Assembly: GCA_029856045.1 (NCBI GenBank)
Contig: JAHQWG010000028.1
Location: forward strand, 224,001-288,000
Direction: 5' to 3'
Length of the DNA stretch: 64,000 nucleotides
DNA from: Promethearchaeia archaeon
GTDB taxonomy: Archaea > Asgardarchaeota > Lokiarchaeia > Sigyniarchaeales > SOKP01
In this document: positions 29,391 to 39,966 of the stretch, in pieces
Numbering within the stretch: position 1 is the first letter of the stretch
How the letters are laid out: every line of letters begins with the position of its first letter
The notes under the pieces: generated by a model
Told to the model about the DNA's origin: nothing
Databases searched by the model: none
The model's input: only the letters and a program-made list of their open reading frames with translations
Translations under genes and position numbers: made by a program

Positions 29391-30569
29391 TCAAAATTTC
29401 AACGTCCACTCTAATTGATCGATGATTTCTATTAGATCTAAGATTTCAAATCCCATTTTAAATTTTTCATTTGCATCGCTTAAATTTGTTCTACAAAATG
29501 GGCATGTTGAAGATACAATTGATGCCCCAGTTTCTTTTGCTTCTTCTAATCTTTCCTGTGATATTTCAACAGACCAATCTGGATATCCAATTTTAACACC
29601 TCCTCCAGCACCACAACACCATGCATGATTCCGATTTCGTCTCATTTCTACAAAATCTATTCCAGGAATCTGTTTATAAACATCTCTTGGGATTTCATAT
29701 ATACCAGAATGTCTGCCTAAATGACATGGATCGTGATAGGTTACAGTTTTATTGTAATTTGATTTGAATTTTAATCTACCTTTTTCTATTAATTCCTTAA
29801 GCAGTTCACAAGTATGATATAGTTTAAAATCATAATCAACACCAAATTTTTTAAAATCATTCTTTAATGTTCGGTAACACCCAGCACAGGAAGTAATTAC
29901 CTTAACTGCACCTGTTTCTTTTATCTTTTCTATATTATAATTCATAAATTCTTTTGAAATAGAAATTTGACCCGTTCTTATCATAGGAGATGTACAACAA
30001 TGTTCATCGATTAGTGTAAAATTAATATTTGCCCTTTTTAGAAAGTTTAATGTCGCATCTCTTAAGGATTGTTGGCGATAATTTGAAGTACAACCTATAA
30101 AATAGACCCATTCTGCTTTATCGGGTAAGTTATACTTTTTCTTTAGCTCCTCATTATCAGAATTGGGCTCATCATAAGGATTGAATTTTTTGATCGCTCG
30201 CTCAATTAGTTTTTCTTGGTTTTGGGCTGGACCAATATGTTTCACCGCTAACTCTCTCAAGGCTTCTATCATATCAACAATATAATCTGCATGTGGTGCT
30301 TGACATGCATCCATGCAAGCTCCACAAGTAGGGCATGCAAAAATGGCATCCTTTAAATCATCGCTCCATTCTAAATCTCCATTTAATACTCCACGTATAG
30401 TTCTTATCTTTCCAGATGCCCAAAACGATTCAAACAGGAATTTTTCGCCTGAAGGACAAGAGGGCTCAAAAGTCTTATATCCATATTTACAAGTGCTACA
30501 CTTGATACAGCGTTCAAAAGCCATTTCTAAATATTCTTTACCCATTAAGGTTTTATCTACTTCTACCAT
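29391..30569 (-). CDS. Fe-S oxidoreductase, GlpC/HdrD family (4Fe-4S plus two CCG domains)
   Basis: CxxCxxC...CP, CPTCGAC...C, YHDPCHLGR and CCGAGGG. The probable start at 30569 overlaps the upstream TAA (TAATG coupling). Confidence 0.9.
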   Translation of the reverse strand: MVEVDKTLMGKEYLEMAFERCIKCSTCKYGYKTFEPSCPSGEKFLFESFWASGKIRTIRGVLNGDLEWSDDLKDAIFACPTCGACMDACQAPHADYIVDMIEALRELAVKHIGPAQNQEKLIERAIKKFNPYDEPNSDNEELKKKYNLPDKAEWVYFIGCTSNYRQQSLRDATLNFLKRANINFTLIDEHCCTSPMIRTGQISISKEFMNYNIEKIKETGAVKVITSCAGCYRTLKNDFKKFGVDYDFKLYHTCELLKELIEKGRLKFKSNYNKTVTYHDPCHLGRHSGIYEIPRDVYKQIPGIDFVEMRRNRNHAWCCGAGGGVKIGYPDWSVEISQERLEEAKETGASIVSSTCPFCRTNLSDANEKFKMGFEILDLIEIIDQLEWTLKF

Positions 30570-32044
30570 TACGTGTTCCACCTCCCTGGATTGAAGATTC
30601 CATTGGGATCCATACATTTTTTTATTTTTTCAAATAAGTTTAGCCAGCCAGGGTTAATTTGGTTGCGCATCTTTTCCGTCATCCAGGCAGGCGTTTTATA
30701 AGGAATACATCCTAATTCTAAACAAGTATCAGTGATTTCTTCTAATAACTTATGAATTCTTTCCTCATCCTTAAATTTATCAAAGCGTATTATTGGTCTA
30801 AATATGGAATAATGTGAATATTTCATACTTTTCATGTAAAGGTACAATGGAATATTATATTTTTTAAAAAGTTTATCTACTTTTTTTGATAATTCTTCTA
30901 TTTTATGAGAGGGAGCATAACTACCAAACCATGTTAAACCAGAATATTCAAATAAAGATAAAACCATAGATGGTAAATCAACTAAACTACGAAGTCTTAA
31001 GTTAAATAATTTTACAAATTCATCAAAATCTATTGAATATACTCTAATACCCTCTTGTTTAATTTTCTCAATTATATTTAAATATATCTCCTTTTTTGCT
31101 TTATATTGATTCTCTGTATGAGCTGTTATTGTGGAAATCGACATCATTCTTGGTTCTTCTGGAAATCTTTTAGGTTCCGGAATTCCACAGCACATTTTGA
31201 CTATTTCAATGCTTCCAAGGGCAATATCATCAATAACCTCCGTCCTTCCAATTTCTCTACAAATTTCTCCTACATCCTCCAAATTAAAAATTACTAATGC
31301 TTCAAATTTTCGAATTGATTTCTTTGGCCATAATTGAACTGCGCATTTTGTTATTAACCCGGTCATACCTTGCCAATTAACAAATAATCCCATTAAATCG
31401 GGCATTGGATAACGACTCCACCAACTATCGGGGTCAGCTTCATCCTTTCCATAAAAACATGAACCTATCCGTGTGATATTTCCATCAACTGTAATAACTT
31501 CTAAACCGTTAATAGAATCCCCCATCGATCCTATTTTACAAGATAAATTATTCATTCCGCTTAATATAGCATTTCCTACTACACCTGCATAGGGTGGTGC
31601 AAAAGGATAATTATATCTAAGGTGCGGGTAATTTTCATCTAAATGCTTTTTTAATTGTCCAAATGTCACTCCAGGTTCTAATAGAGCATACATCATATTT
31701 TCATTTATATATAAAATTTTATTCATTTTTTTTCCGAAATCTACGATAATTCCCCCCCGTTCTGGAATTGTAAGCCCCCCAACATTATTTCCAGAGATAT
31801 AGGGAACGATAGGGATTATATTTTCATTACAATATTTAACTAATTCTACTAATTGTTCTTTATTTTCTGGGATTACAATAAAATCCGGCATATTCGGAGC
31901 GCATTCGGTCATATCGTAAGAATAAGGATATAAATCAACACTTTTACTTGATACATTCTCCTTTCCAAAAATTTCAACTAATTTTTTATAAACTTCTTCT
32001 TTATTGACTTTTTCAAAAATATTTATTTCTTTAGTGATTGTCAT
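30569..32044 (-). CDS. FAD-binding oxidoreductase (GlcD/D-lactate dehydrogenase/alkyl-DHAP synthase superfamily)
   Basis: PDFIVIPEN, GIIVDF, EPGVT, GLEVI, GLITK, MDPNGIFNPG. Confidence 0.9.
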   Translation of the reverse strand: MTITKEINIFEKVNKEEVYKKLVEIFGKENVSSKSVDLYPYSYDMTECAPNMPDFIVIPENKEQLVELVKYCNENIIPIVPYISGNNVGGLTIPERGGIIVDFGKKMNKILYINENMMYALLEPGVTFGQLKKHLDENYPHLRYNYPFAPPYAGVVGNAILSGMNNLSCKIGSMGDSINGLEVITVDGNITRIGSCFYGKDEADPDSWWSRYPMPDLMGLFVNWQGMTGLITKCAVQLWPKKSIRKFEALVIFNLEDVGEICREIGRTEVIDDIALGSIEIVKMCCGIPEPKRFPEEPRMMSISTITAHTENQYKAKKEIYLNIIEKIKQEGIRVYSIDFDEFVKLFNLRLRSLVDLPSMVLSLFEYSGLTWFGSYAPSHKIEELSKKVDKLFKKYNIPLYLYMKSMKYSHYSIFRPIIRFDKFKDEERIHKLLEEITDTCLELGCIPYKTPAWMTEKMRNQINPGWLNLFEKIKKCMDPNGIFNPGRWNT

Positions 32045-32056
32045 AAATTTTACCTC

Positions 32057-32479
32057 TTATCTGGTCTTCTTATTCAATTCAAAATAATTGGTATTAGGTT
32101 CTGCTGCAACCATTTGCATAGAAACCATAAAAATGTTATAAAATTTAACCAATAAATCACTATCATTACCTAACCCTTCCATCTCCATTAAACCATTTTC
32201 CATACCAAAAATAGGATTTTCCCTACCATAAGCAAAATCTAGCATAGTTTGTAAGTTAAGCTTTACTTTCATATCTGCTTTATCAGATTCTCCCATCTCG
32301 AACTTTATATCATTACCTTCAAAAATGACAGTTAATGGATAAAATGGTTCTATATGAATGACCACTTTCTTATTCCAATTAGTTACAAGTTTAACAAATT
32401 CCCTATCATCTTTTCTGTAGCTAAAAATGTTATGAAGCGATATCGAAATTAAATCCTCGGGTTTTTGTATAGAAATCAT
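32057..32479 (-). CDS. SCP2-like protein
   Basis: ADMKVKL...LDFAYGRENPI...GLMEMEG matches the SCP2 pattern. Confidence 0.65.
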   Translation of the reverse strand: MISIQKPEDLISISLHNIFSYRKDDREFVKLVTNWNKKVVIHIEPFYPLTVIFEGNDIKFEMGESDKADMKVKLNLQTMLDFAYGRENPIFGMENGLMEMEGLGNDSDLLVKFYNIFMVSMQMVAAEPNTNYFELNKKTR

Positions 32480-32563
32480 TTTTTAATCACATTAGTTTTG
32501 GAAAATATTATTTATGTTATTATTTGATATTAGTTATAATTAATTTTTATTTTTATTAAGTAT

Positions 32564-33343
32564 TTGAAAAGTGAAATAAAAATAGAATACTTGCAAAATC
32601 TAAGGAAAATCATTGAAGATTTTAAAGAAAATAATGAAAATATTAAAATTTATAAAGCTCCTCAAAATATATCAGAATATTTGATAAACATAGGAATAGA
32701 TGTTAAACTAGACACATATAAAGAGATTATTTTAGAGGAGGAAACTCAGATAGAATTAGGAGGTATTAATAAATACTCTACTTCTGTAATTTTTCCATTA
32801 TCCAATAAAAATAACATTCAAAATGGACAAATAACATTAATTGGCCCGGAAATTCAAGAAATCCGAGAAAATAATATCGATTTTGGTCAAATAATAATTA
32901 TTGGAGGAAAAAAAATATCAGAATCTCACTACAATGATTTCCAGAGATTGCAGTTTATTTCAGATGGAATACAAGGTTTCGTGATTCGCTCAATTCCTCG
33001 AAGATTTTGGTGTAGAATAAGTAAAGATGCGATTAAAAAAGGTTTTTCATTTAATTTATTAGGAAATTCAATTATATATCTATTCAAAAAACAATTTCCG
33101 GAGTTAATAGAAGCCATAGAAATAATTTTTATAAGCGCTAGTGAGCTAAATATCAAAAAATTTGAAGAAGTTATTTCAAAAATTAGAGAAATATATAAAA
33201 GAAATTGGGCTAAAAAAATTGAAGAATGGAAAGAACGTGTAGATTGTAATTATGATTGGGTCTGTGATGTGTGTCCTTATAACGAAACATGTTATAATAT
33301 TTCAGATATATATGAACTAAGAAAAAATATTGAATTTGATTAA
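32564..33343 (+). CDS. Acetyl-CoA synthase beta subunit (CdhC) N-terminal-like protein with C-terminal Cys cluster
   Basis: IELGG, GQITLIGPEI and GFVIR...FWCRISKDAIKKGFSF..LG match the CdhC N-domain. Ends CxxxxxCxxCxxxxxC. No A-cluster domain. Confidence 0.7.
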   Translation: MKSEIKIEYLQNLRKIIEDFKENNENIKIYKAPQNISEYLINIGIDVKLDTYKEIILEEETQIELGGINKYSTSVIFPLSNKNNIQNGQITLIGPEIQEIRENNIDFGQIIIIGGKKISESHYNDFQRLQFISDGIQGFVIRSIPRRFWCRISKDAIKKGFSFNLLGNSIIYLFKKQFPELIEAIEIIFISASELNIKKFEEVISKIREIYKRNWAKKIEEWKERVDCNYDWVCDVCPYNETCYNISDIYELRKNIEFD

Positions 33344-33357
33344 TTATAATCATTATT

Positions 33358-34158
33358 ATGAGCCAAAAAAAGCCTTATATTGTAGCAGTTATAGGAAAAG
33401 GTGGTTCAGGAAAATCAGTATTTTGTGCTATTTCAATAATGATAATTGCTAATATGAAAAAATTTAAATTATTTGCTGTTGATGCAGACCCAACTCATTC
33501 TCATTTATCTGATCTTCTTGATGTGAAAATTGATAAAAGTTTAGAAGCAATCAGGAAGGAAATTATTAAAACTGCAGCACAAGGAAGAGAATCTGGAAAA
33601 ATAAAATTGGCAGAAGACATAGATTATAAAGTTTATAATGCAATCGTTGAAAATAAAGATTTCTCCTTATTAGCTGTAGGACTGCCCGAAGGTCCTGGTT
33701 GTTTTTGTCCAGCAAATAGTTTACTGAAAAAAGTAATATCTTCAATATCTTTGGATTTTGATATAGTTCTAATTGATTGTGAAGCCGGTTTGGAGCAAAT
33801 AAGTAGAGAAGTAATCAGCAATGTGGACACAATAGTAATAATATCAGACATTTCAGTTAGGAGTATAGAAACAGCTAAAACCCTACTCCAAAACTCTAAA
33901 AAATTTACAAAATATAAACATATCGGGATTGTCGTTAATAGAGTTCGAGGAGATATATCTTATCTAAGAAAAAAAATTAAAGATATGAATTTACCTATTT
34001 TTGGAGAAATCCCTGAAGATGATAATGTTATAAAACTTGATATTGAAGGCAAATCTATAAGATATTTATCACAAGCCGCACCAATATATAAAAATATTGA
34101 AAAAATTATACAGAAAGTTTTAGGTTTCAGTGTATCATTAGAAGATTTAAAGATATAA
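33358..34158 (+). CDS. cooC: CooC/AcsF-type nickel-insertion ATPase
   Basis: GKGGSGKS, VDADP, GPGCFCPAN, DCEAGLE. Confidence 0.85.
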   Translation: MSQKKPYIVAVIGKGGSGKSVFCAISIMIIANMKKFKLFAVDADPTHSHLSDLLDVKIDKSLEAIRKEIIKTAAQGRESGKIKLAEDIDYKVYNAIVENKDFSLLAVGLPEGPGCFCPANSLLKKVISSISLDFDIVLIDCEAGLEQISREVISNVDTIVIISDISVRSIETAKTLLQNSKKFTKYKHIGIVVNRVRGDISYLRKKIKDMNLPIFGEIPEDDNVIKLDIEGKSIRYLSQAAPIYKNIEKIIQKVLGFSVSLEDLKI

Positions 34159-34183
34159 TAAAAAAAAAATAAAAAGTTATATT

Positions 34184-35584
34184 TCAGACACTTACTTGTT
34201 TTTCTAATTTTTCTTTATGTAATTTATCAGATTCCAATTTTATCTGTTCATATTTTTCCTTATTAATTGGAAATCGACTCATTGATACGATTCCAATGCA
34301 TAAGGCAATCGCTGGGAAAATAAATATCAAACTTCGAAGACCAAAAATAGTAAAATCTGTAACTTCTTCAGGCTTAAAAACTGTCCAACCAACATTAGTA
34401 AAAACTATACTAATTGTAAGAAATATTAAAATTGTTGATAATTTTGTTATCAAGGCATTTATTCCGTAATAACCCCCTTCTCGTCTTATTCCCGTAGTTA
34501 ATTCATCCTCATCAATGACCGTAGCTAAAACGAGATCCACATATAATAAATCTCCTGCAAGACCTATTCCAACAATAAAAAACGCTATAAAGCCAGTAAT
34601 AACATCAGAAATGAACATGAATGGAAGAAGTGTGATAATAAACGTAGCCATTGACATCATTAGACCTTTTTTTACTCCAACCTTAACAACTACCCAACGC
34701 CAAAAAAATACAAATATAGCTGCAGAAATAAATGTTACTCCTAATAAAAGACCTAATATTGTTGAATTTGTTTCCTTCAATACAAATTCACCATAGAGTG
34801 GAACAATGGTAGGAAGCATTCCTATAACATACCAATGTCCAAGATTTGCAATAATAAAAGTTCTAAATCCTTTGTTCTTTATTGAAGCTTTTAAAGATTT
34901 CAATAATGATGGAGCTGTTTTATAATCCTCAGAAAATTCAGTTCTTTCCCGTACACCAAATTTTATTAAGATAATTCCGCCTATTGCTATGCAAATGCAC
35001 ATAAAAATCCCTGCATAACTGTATTCGGTCAAATAAACAGGATTTGCTAATTCAGGAATGAAAAATGTTGGCATTATAAAAGCAAATATTAGACCAATAA
35101 CCGTAAAAAGCTGCTTAATAGTATTAGCCTTTGCTCTATCACTTAATTTTAAAAACATTTCAGGAAATAAAGATGCATAGTTTAAATCAAACATCGTATA
35201 GAAGAATTCCCATATGATTATTATAACTAAAAAATATGTGAATTTTGTAATATCAGTTGTAAGAACTGGAGTCCACAATAAAATCATTACTATACATAAC
35301 GGGATAATGGCAGCAATAATATACGGTTTTCTTCTTCCCCATTTTGTTCTCGTGCGATCAGATAATGCACCCAATAGAGGATCATTAAATGCATTCCAAA
35401 CAGACCAAATAATAAAACCAACCGTAATATAAATTACATCTAATCCAACTACAGCATAATAAAATGTAAAAATTAAGAATGTAAACATTTGAGAGGCAAT
35501 TGTATCCGAGAATTGACCTACTCCATAGGTTGCTGCATTTCTTAATGAAAATTGCTCTTCTATTTTTTTAGTTTCTTTACTCAT
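34184..35584 (-). CDS. GPH (MelB-like) family MFS transporter
   Basis: NDPLLGALSDRTRTKWGRRKPY and DEDELTTGIRREG. Confidence 0.9.
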   Translation of the reverse strand: MSKETKKIEEQFSLRNAATYGVGQFSDTIASQMFTFLIFTFYYAVVGLDVIYITVGFIIWSVWNAFNDPLLGALSDRTRTKWGRRKPYIIAAIIPLCIVMILLWTPVLTTDITKFTYFLVIIIIWEFFYTMFDLNYASLFPEMFLKLSDRAKANTIKQLFTVIGLIFAFIMPTFFIPELANPVYLTEYSYAGIFMCICIAIGGIILIKFGVRERTEFSEDYKTAPSLLKSLKASIKNKGFRTFIIANLGHWYVIGMLPTIVPLYGEFVLKETNSTILGLLLGVTFISAAIFVFFWRWVVVKVGVKKGLMMSMATFIITLLPFMFISDVITGFIAFFIVGIGLAGDLLYVDLVLATVIDEDELTTGIRREGGYYGINALITKLSTILIFLTISIVFTNVGWTVFKPEEVTDFTIFGLRSLIFIFPAIALCIGIVSMSRFPINKEKYEQIKLESDKLHKEKLEKQVSV

Positions 35585-35730
35585 TTTTATTCATTTACTT
35601 TAAATTTGAATTTAATTATATTGAATAGATTTTCATCAACAAATTATATAATATTTTAGTTTGGGAAATATAATTTATAGTTAAATAATTCCTCTAAATA
35701 TTAAAAAGTATCAACAAACCGTTCAATTCT

Positions 35731-36714
35731 TCATTTTTTTAATGTGGTAATTGGACGGCTTTGTAATATGTATATTTTATCATTTTCTATTGCCCATTCA
35801 ATATCTTGAGGTAAATTGAATGTATTTTCAATTTTTAATCCTAAATTATGAAGTTGGCGAAGTTGTTTTTCGTTTATAGAGCAGACTGTCCTGGATTGTG
35901 GGTCTGTTTCTATCAAAATTGAATATGGACCTTCAGGATTCTTAATCGATTTTTTCTCTTTTTTACCGATAATCTTCTTTATAATTTCGAATTGATTTTT
36001 TTTAATTATAATAGTATCTGGGATTATTAAATTATCAGCAATAGTATCACCAAGCCCCCATGCGGAATTTATCAACATTTGGTTCGAATCATTATTTATT
36101 ACATTAGCTGTAAAAAAAACTCCTGATATTTGTGAATTAACCATTTGTTGAACAATAACAGCCATATAAATATCAGACAATGAAATATTTAATCCTTTTT
36201 TCCGCATTTGAAGGATGTAAAGCATTGATCGAGGGGAAAATAATGAGAGCCAGCAATTTTTTAAAGATGCCATAATATCATAAATGTTATTATTATACAA
36301 ATAGGTGTCAGCTTGTCCTGCAAAGGAAAACTTATTTGTATCTTCAATTGTTGCTGAAGATCTAACTGCGAAAGAATTTTTACTCCCAATATTTTCTTTA
36401 ATTTTATCGAATGCTACTCTGATTTCATCGATTATTTTTTTCGGAATTTTTGATTTCAATATTAAATCTCTGATTTTTATTGAGTGTTGTAGAATTTCTT
36501 TAAAATGAAACTGTTTTGATAATAATTTCATCAATTCACTGCTGTATTTAGATTCTTCAAGGAATTTTCTATAAGATTTTGTATTGATAATGAATCCGGG
36601 AGGGATCATTACTCCTATTTCTATTAATTTGATTAAATTGGATCCTTTACCTCCCAATAAATCAGTATTAGGTGTTACTTCTGAAAAAAATACAACGTAT
36701 TCCGAAAGTTTCAT
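35731..36714 (-). CDS. Stand-alone PEP synthase/PPDK N-terminal ATP-grasp domain
   Basis: GGKGSNL, AVRSSATIED, SFAGQ, MAVIVQQM, WGLGD and PQDIEWA...ILQSRPITT, then a stop a few codons later. Confidence 0.9.
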   Translation of the reverse strand: MKLSEYVVFFSEVTPNTDLLGGKGSNLIKLIEIGVMIPPGFIINTKSYRKFLEESKYSSELMKLLSKQFHFKEILQHSIKIRDLILKSKIPKKIIDEIRVAFDKIKENIGSKNSFAVRSSATIEDTNKFSFAGQADTYLYNNNIYDIMASLKNCWLSLFSPRSMLYILQMRKKGLNISLSDIYMAVIVQQMVNSQISGVFFTANVINNDSNQMLINSAWGLGDTIADNLIIPDTIIIKKNQFEIIKKIIGKKEKKSIKNPEGPYSILIETDPQSRTVCSINEKQLRQLHNLGLKIENTFNLPQDIEWAIENDKIYILQSRPITTLKK

Positions 36715-36984
36715 AGATATTCTTTGAAATAGTAATAAATAAAATATATTTAATTAAATATTAAAAATTTTTATCATTTTAAAATAACTCCTTTATTATT
36801 TTTATTTAATTTAATAAAAATAGCAAACCCAAGTTTCCTAATTTGTTAATTTTTTAATTTTTAAGATATCATATAGCATATTTTTATTTGAATCTTTTAA
36901 AAAATAAAGTATTTATTAGATATTAAAAATAAAATTATAAACTGATATTTTTTCAAAATAATATTTTTAGTATAGTTGATTTAG

Positions 36985-37341
36985 ATGAAGAAAATTGGGG
37001 AAGGATTATCTTGTTCGTCCAATTCAGAAGTTGAAGGAGAATTAGTGTATATTCAATCCGTTCAGGACGTAATAAATTTATTTGATGATGCCAATGGGAA
37101 AATATGTATAGTTGAGGATTCTGGTACTACTACTCTTGGTCCAATTTTATCAGAATTAACAGGAGTATTATGCCCACTCGGTTCTGCAGGCTCACATCTC
37201 GCCATAGTTTCAAGAGAATTCGAAATACCTTGTATAATGAGTGTAGAATTTTTAATAGACGATTTATCCTCACTGACTGGGAAAAAGGGAAAAATAGTTA
37301 CGGAAAGTGAAGACAAGGGGATTATTTATTTACTTGAGTAA
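36985..37341 (+). CDS. Stand-alone PEP-utilising phosphohistidine (mobile) domain
   Basis: GSAGSHLAIVSREFEIPC. Confidence 0.88.
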   Translation: MKKIGEGLSCSSNSEVEGELVYIQSVQDVINLFDDANGKICIVEDSGTTTLGPILSELTGVLCPLGSAGSHLAIVSREFEIPCIMSVEFLIDDLSSLTGKKGKIVTESEDKGIIYLLE

Positions 37342-37443
37342 TTAATAAAATTATTTTCCATTTAAATTTAAAAATATTATATTTAGAAAATGAGTTTAAG
37401 TAATTAAAATCTTAAAAATATCAAATTATAAGGTGTTGTTTAT

Positions 37444-38808
37444 ATGTTAGGTGATATTAGCGACCAAGAAGCAAATGAACTAATCGCGTTGATTTCTAAG
37501 GGCGTTGTAGAAAATATTCTAAAGCGAGGAATGGTTGAAAGTAAAATATTTCCGGTATCGCATTACATTGGCGTTGCTTGTTATATTTTATACGATCAAT
37601 CTTATCAATATAATATCTTAAAAGAAGTTGCAAGTAAGATATCGCCTGAGGAAATCGCCAGAAGATCGAAATCCTTGGGCTCATATTTAAACCAATTGGC
37701 TTTTTATTCTACGTGTATGTTGTATTTGCATGGTCGAGCTCAAGTTATTTATGATAACCTCAATAAAAAAAAAGCTGGCGAAACTAATATCGTTGTTGAG
37801 CCTGAAACGAAGAAAAAAGAAACAAAATTCATTCTTGACTTTTGGAAAAGATTGAGTCCCAATTATCTCAATGACGAGACACTAATATTGAAAAATAAAA
37901 AAATTACGTGCCTTTCCGACGATTATATTGAAAAATTAAAAGATAATATGATCCCTATAAATAATAATAAAGAGATAACCAAGCGTTTAAAGCAAACCAT
38001 CGCCCATTTAACCAACTATAGTTTCCTTTCCCGAGCCGAGTGTAGAATGAGCATATCTGAGCATGGACCATATTATTTTAAAGACAACACTGAACCTTTA
38101 ATATTCAAAGAATTCCTAGAACTACATACTGGGGATGTAATGTTTGGAATAGATATGACTGGAAATATGCCATATAAAATCACCAAGATTGCGCCGTTTT
38201 CAAATGTGATATTTGGAATGACGCTGAAAGATATGAAAAAAATCGAGTTTAATGATTGGAGCACTTTATTTGCCGATCCAACCGATTTTTCTTCAAACAT
38301 AACATCAATAGGGATTTGGACAAGAGAATTATCGCACCCAAAAGATCTTAGATATCCTGATAATTTAGGTGAATTAAAACCCCTCTCGCTTAATATCTTA
38401 GAGGAACTGTCGAAATTTGCAAAAAGTGCCATGAAAGAATTATATATTGATATATCGAAATGGAACTCTACTAAAAAATTGCTTTTTGGGAGTAACCTTT
38501 ATATTAATAGCCTCTTAAGTATGTGTGCCCAATACGCAGGTATAGAAGATAATTTTAACTGGAATTGGGCTTTTGACTATGCATCGGGTAAACCACTTAA
38601 AACTGACTTAATAGACAAAGATAGAATAAAGTTTTACATTGATAAATTAGGGAAAAAAATAAAGTCTAACCTAGATGAAACACAAGTAGAGAAATTGTAC
38701 ATTACAGCTTTAGAAAAATACGAAGGGGTACATCCCAATCTTACGCGAATGTTTAGGAGTAGAAAAGCCCAAAAAATAGACCCGTTTTATTATAATTTAC
38801 AAGATTAA
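37444..38808 (+). CDS. Hypothetical protein co-transcribed with the phosphohistidine domain
   Basis: 454-aa ORF with the motifs AECRMSISEHGPY and FWKRL. No family recognised with certainty. Confidence 0.7.
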   Translation: MLGDISDQEANELIALISKGVVENILKRGMVESKIFPVSHYIGVACYILYDQSYQYNILKEVASKISPEEIARRSKSLGSYLNQLAFYSTCMLYLHGRAQVIYDNLNKKKAGETNIVVEPETKKKETKFILDFWKRLSPNYLNDETLILKNKKITCLSDDYIEKLKDNMIPINNNKEITKRLKQTIAHLTNYSFLSRAECRMSISEHGPYYFKDNTEPLIFKEFLELHTGDVMFGIDMTGNMPYKITKIAPFSNVIFGMTLKDMKKIEFNDWSTLFADPTDFSSNITSIGIWTRELSHPKDLRYPDNLGELKPLSLNILEELSKFAKSAMKELYIDISKWNSTKKLLFGSNLYINSLLSMCAQYAGIEDNFNWNWAFDYASGKPLKTDLIDKDRIKFYIDKLGKKIKSNLDETQVEKLYITALEKYEGVHPNLTRMFRSRKAQKIDPFYYNLQD

Positions 38809-38874
38809 TTGTCAATTGTAGATTCAATAATAATAAAAAGTAAAATAAAATAGTTCAAACTTCAGTTCTTAGTA

Positions 38875-39861
38875 TTAATCCCGCGTTGTGGATAAATACT
38901 CCGAAATGCCATCACCTTCTTTTCCATTGCACGTGAATATTGCTACTTGCTCGTAAATTTCAGTTAATCCTTTCTCAGATGGAAGAGGTAAATATTGCGA
39001 AAATATTGTTTTTGATTCTATGGTTCTTTTCTTTCCATTTTCATCCGTTAAGATAAATGTTGATGAAACAGGTGTTTTTTCGTTTTCTTTCGTTTTTGTG
39101 GTCACTTCTATGTTTTCTATTCTAATATTATCAGCGCCTTTAGAATAAATTATTCCATCTTGTTTTACTTCACCAAGGGCTTCAGCTTTATAAAAATTAA
39201 TTGTCTCATCTTCAAACTGGGCAGAAACCCAATTCCATGCATCAATTCCAGCCCAATCCCTAATACCCCAGCTGTGATCACGATGACCGAGACCCTTAAT
39301 GTTTCTTGTTTCAATTATCTCCCCATTTTTCTTCAGATCTAAAGTACCTGTAGCTATCATAGGTTGCTCATAATGCATCTGAGCAAATACTTGATCTGTC
39401 TTAATTTGATCCTTCTTAAGAAAAGCTAAGGGATCTTCACCCTCAGCTGAATTAAATATTGGAAACCTTCCCTCAAATTTAATATCTAAATTAACTCTAC
39501 TATTTTTAAATTTAATTCTCCATTGTTTCATTGGTTTGATGCAATAATACTTAACTTTCGCATCGAATTCCCAATTATCAGGCATTTTTTCAAGGGGAAT
39601 TTCCTTAAAATAGGTTTTCGTCTTACCATCAATTACTAATAATAATAAAATTAGAGATTTCTTTTTATCCATGTGGTAGGATAATCTAGTAATAAGAAAA
39701 ACCCTATTTGGTCGATCAATAAAATTAAAGTACCAACTCTCGTTGTGGAATGGTGGGAATTTTCCCCAATCATGTCTATATTCATCCTTTTCGGATAATT
39801 CAAAACCTATATTAACTTGTTTTTTGAGTTTTTTCTCTTTTGTCATAATATTCCCATTCAA
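38875..39861 (-). CDS. AttH/tocopherol cyclase/lipocalin-like beta-barrel protein
   Basis: HNESWYFNF, HYEQ and GHRDHSWGIRDW motifs. Confidence 0.7.
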   Translation of the reverse strand: MNGNIMTKEKKLKKQVNIGFELSEKDEYRHDWGKFPPFHNESWYFNFIDRPNRVFLITRLSYHMDKKKSLILLLLVIDGKTKTYFKEIPLEKMPDNWEFDAKVKYYCIKPMKQWRIKFKNSRVNLDIKFEGRFPIFNSAEGEDPLAFLKKDQIKTDQVFAQMHYEQPMIATGTLDLKKNGEIIETRNIKGLGHRDHSWGIRDWAGIDAWNWVSAQFEDETINFYKAEALGEVKQDGIIYSKGADNIRIENIEVTTKTKENEKTPVSSTFILTDENGKKRTIESKTIFSQYLPLPSEKGLTEIYEQVAIFTCNGKEGDGISEYLSTTRD

Positions 39862-39966
39862 AAATTTTGTCCTAATAAAAATTAATAATAAATATCTAAA
39901 ATTATTTAAAAATCTTCTTTACTCGATCTTCCATTTTTGTCCTGCCAACCATTTCTTTAACTACTT

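Noticed and set aside
30570-30617. Longer N-terminus for the GlpC-like gene given by the ORF track
   Set aside because: It overlaps the upstream gene by 49 bp; the TAATG-coupled start at 30569 is more plausible.
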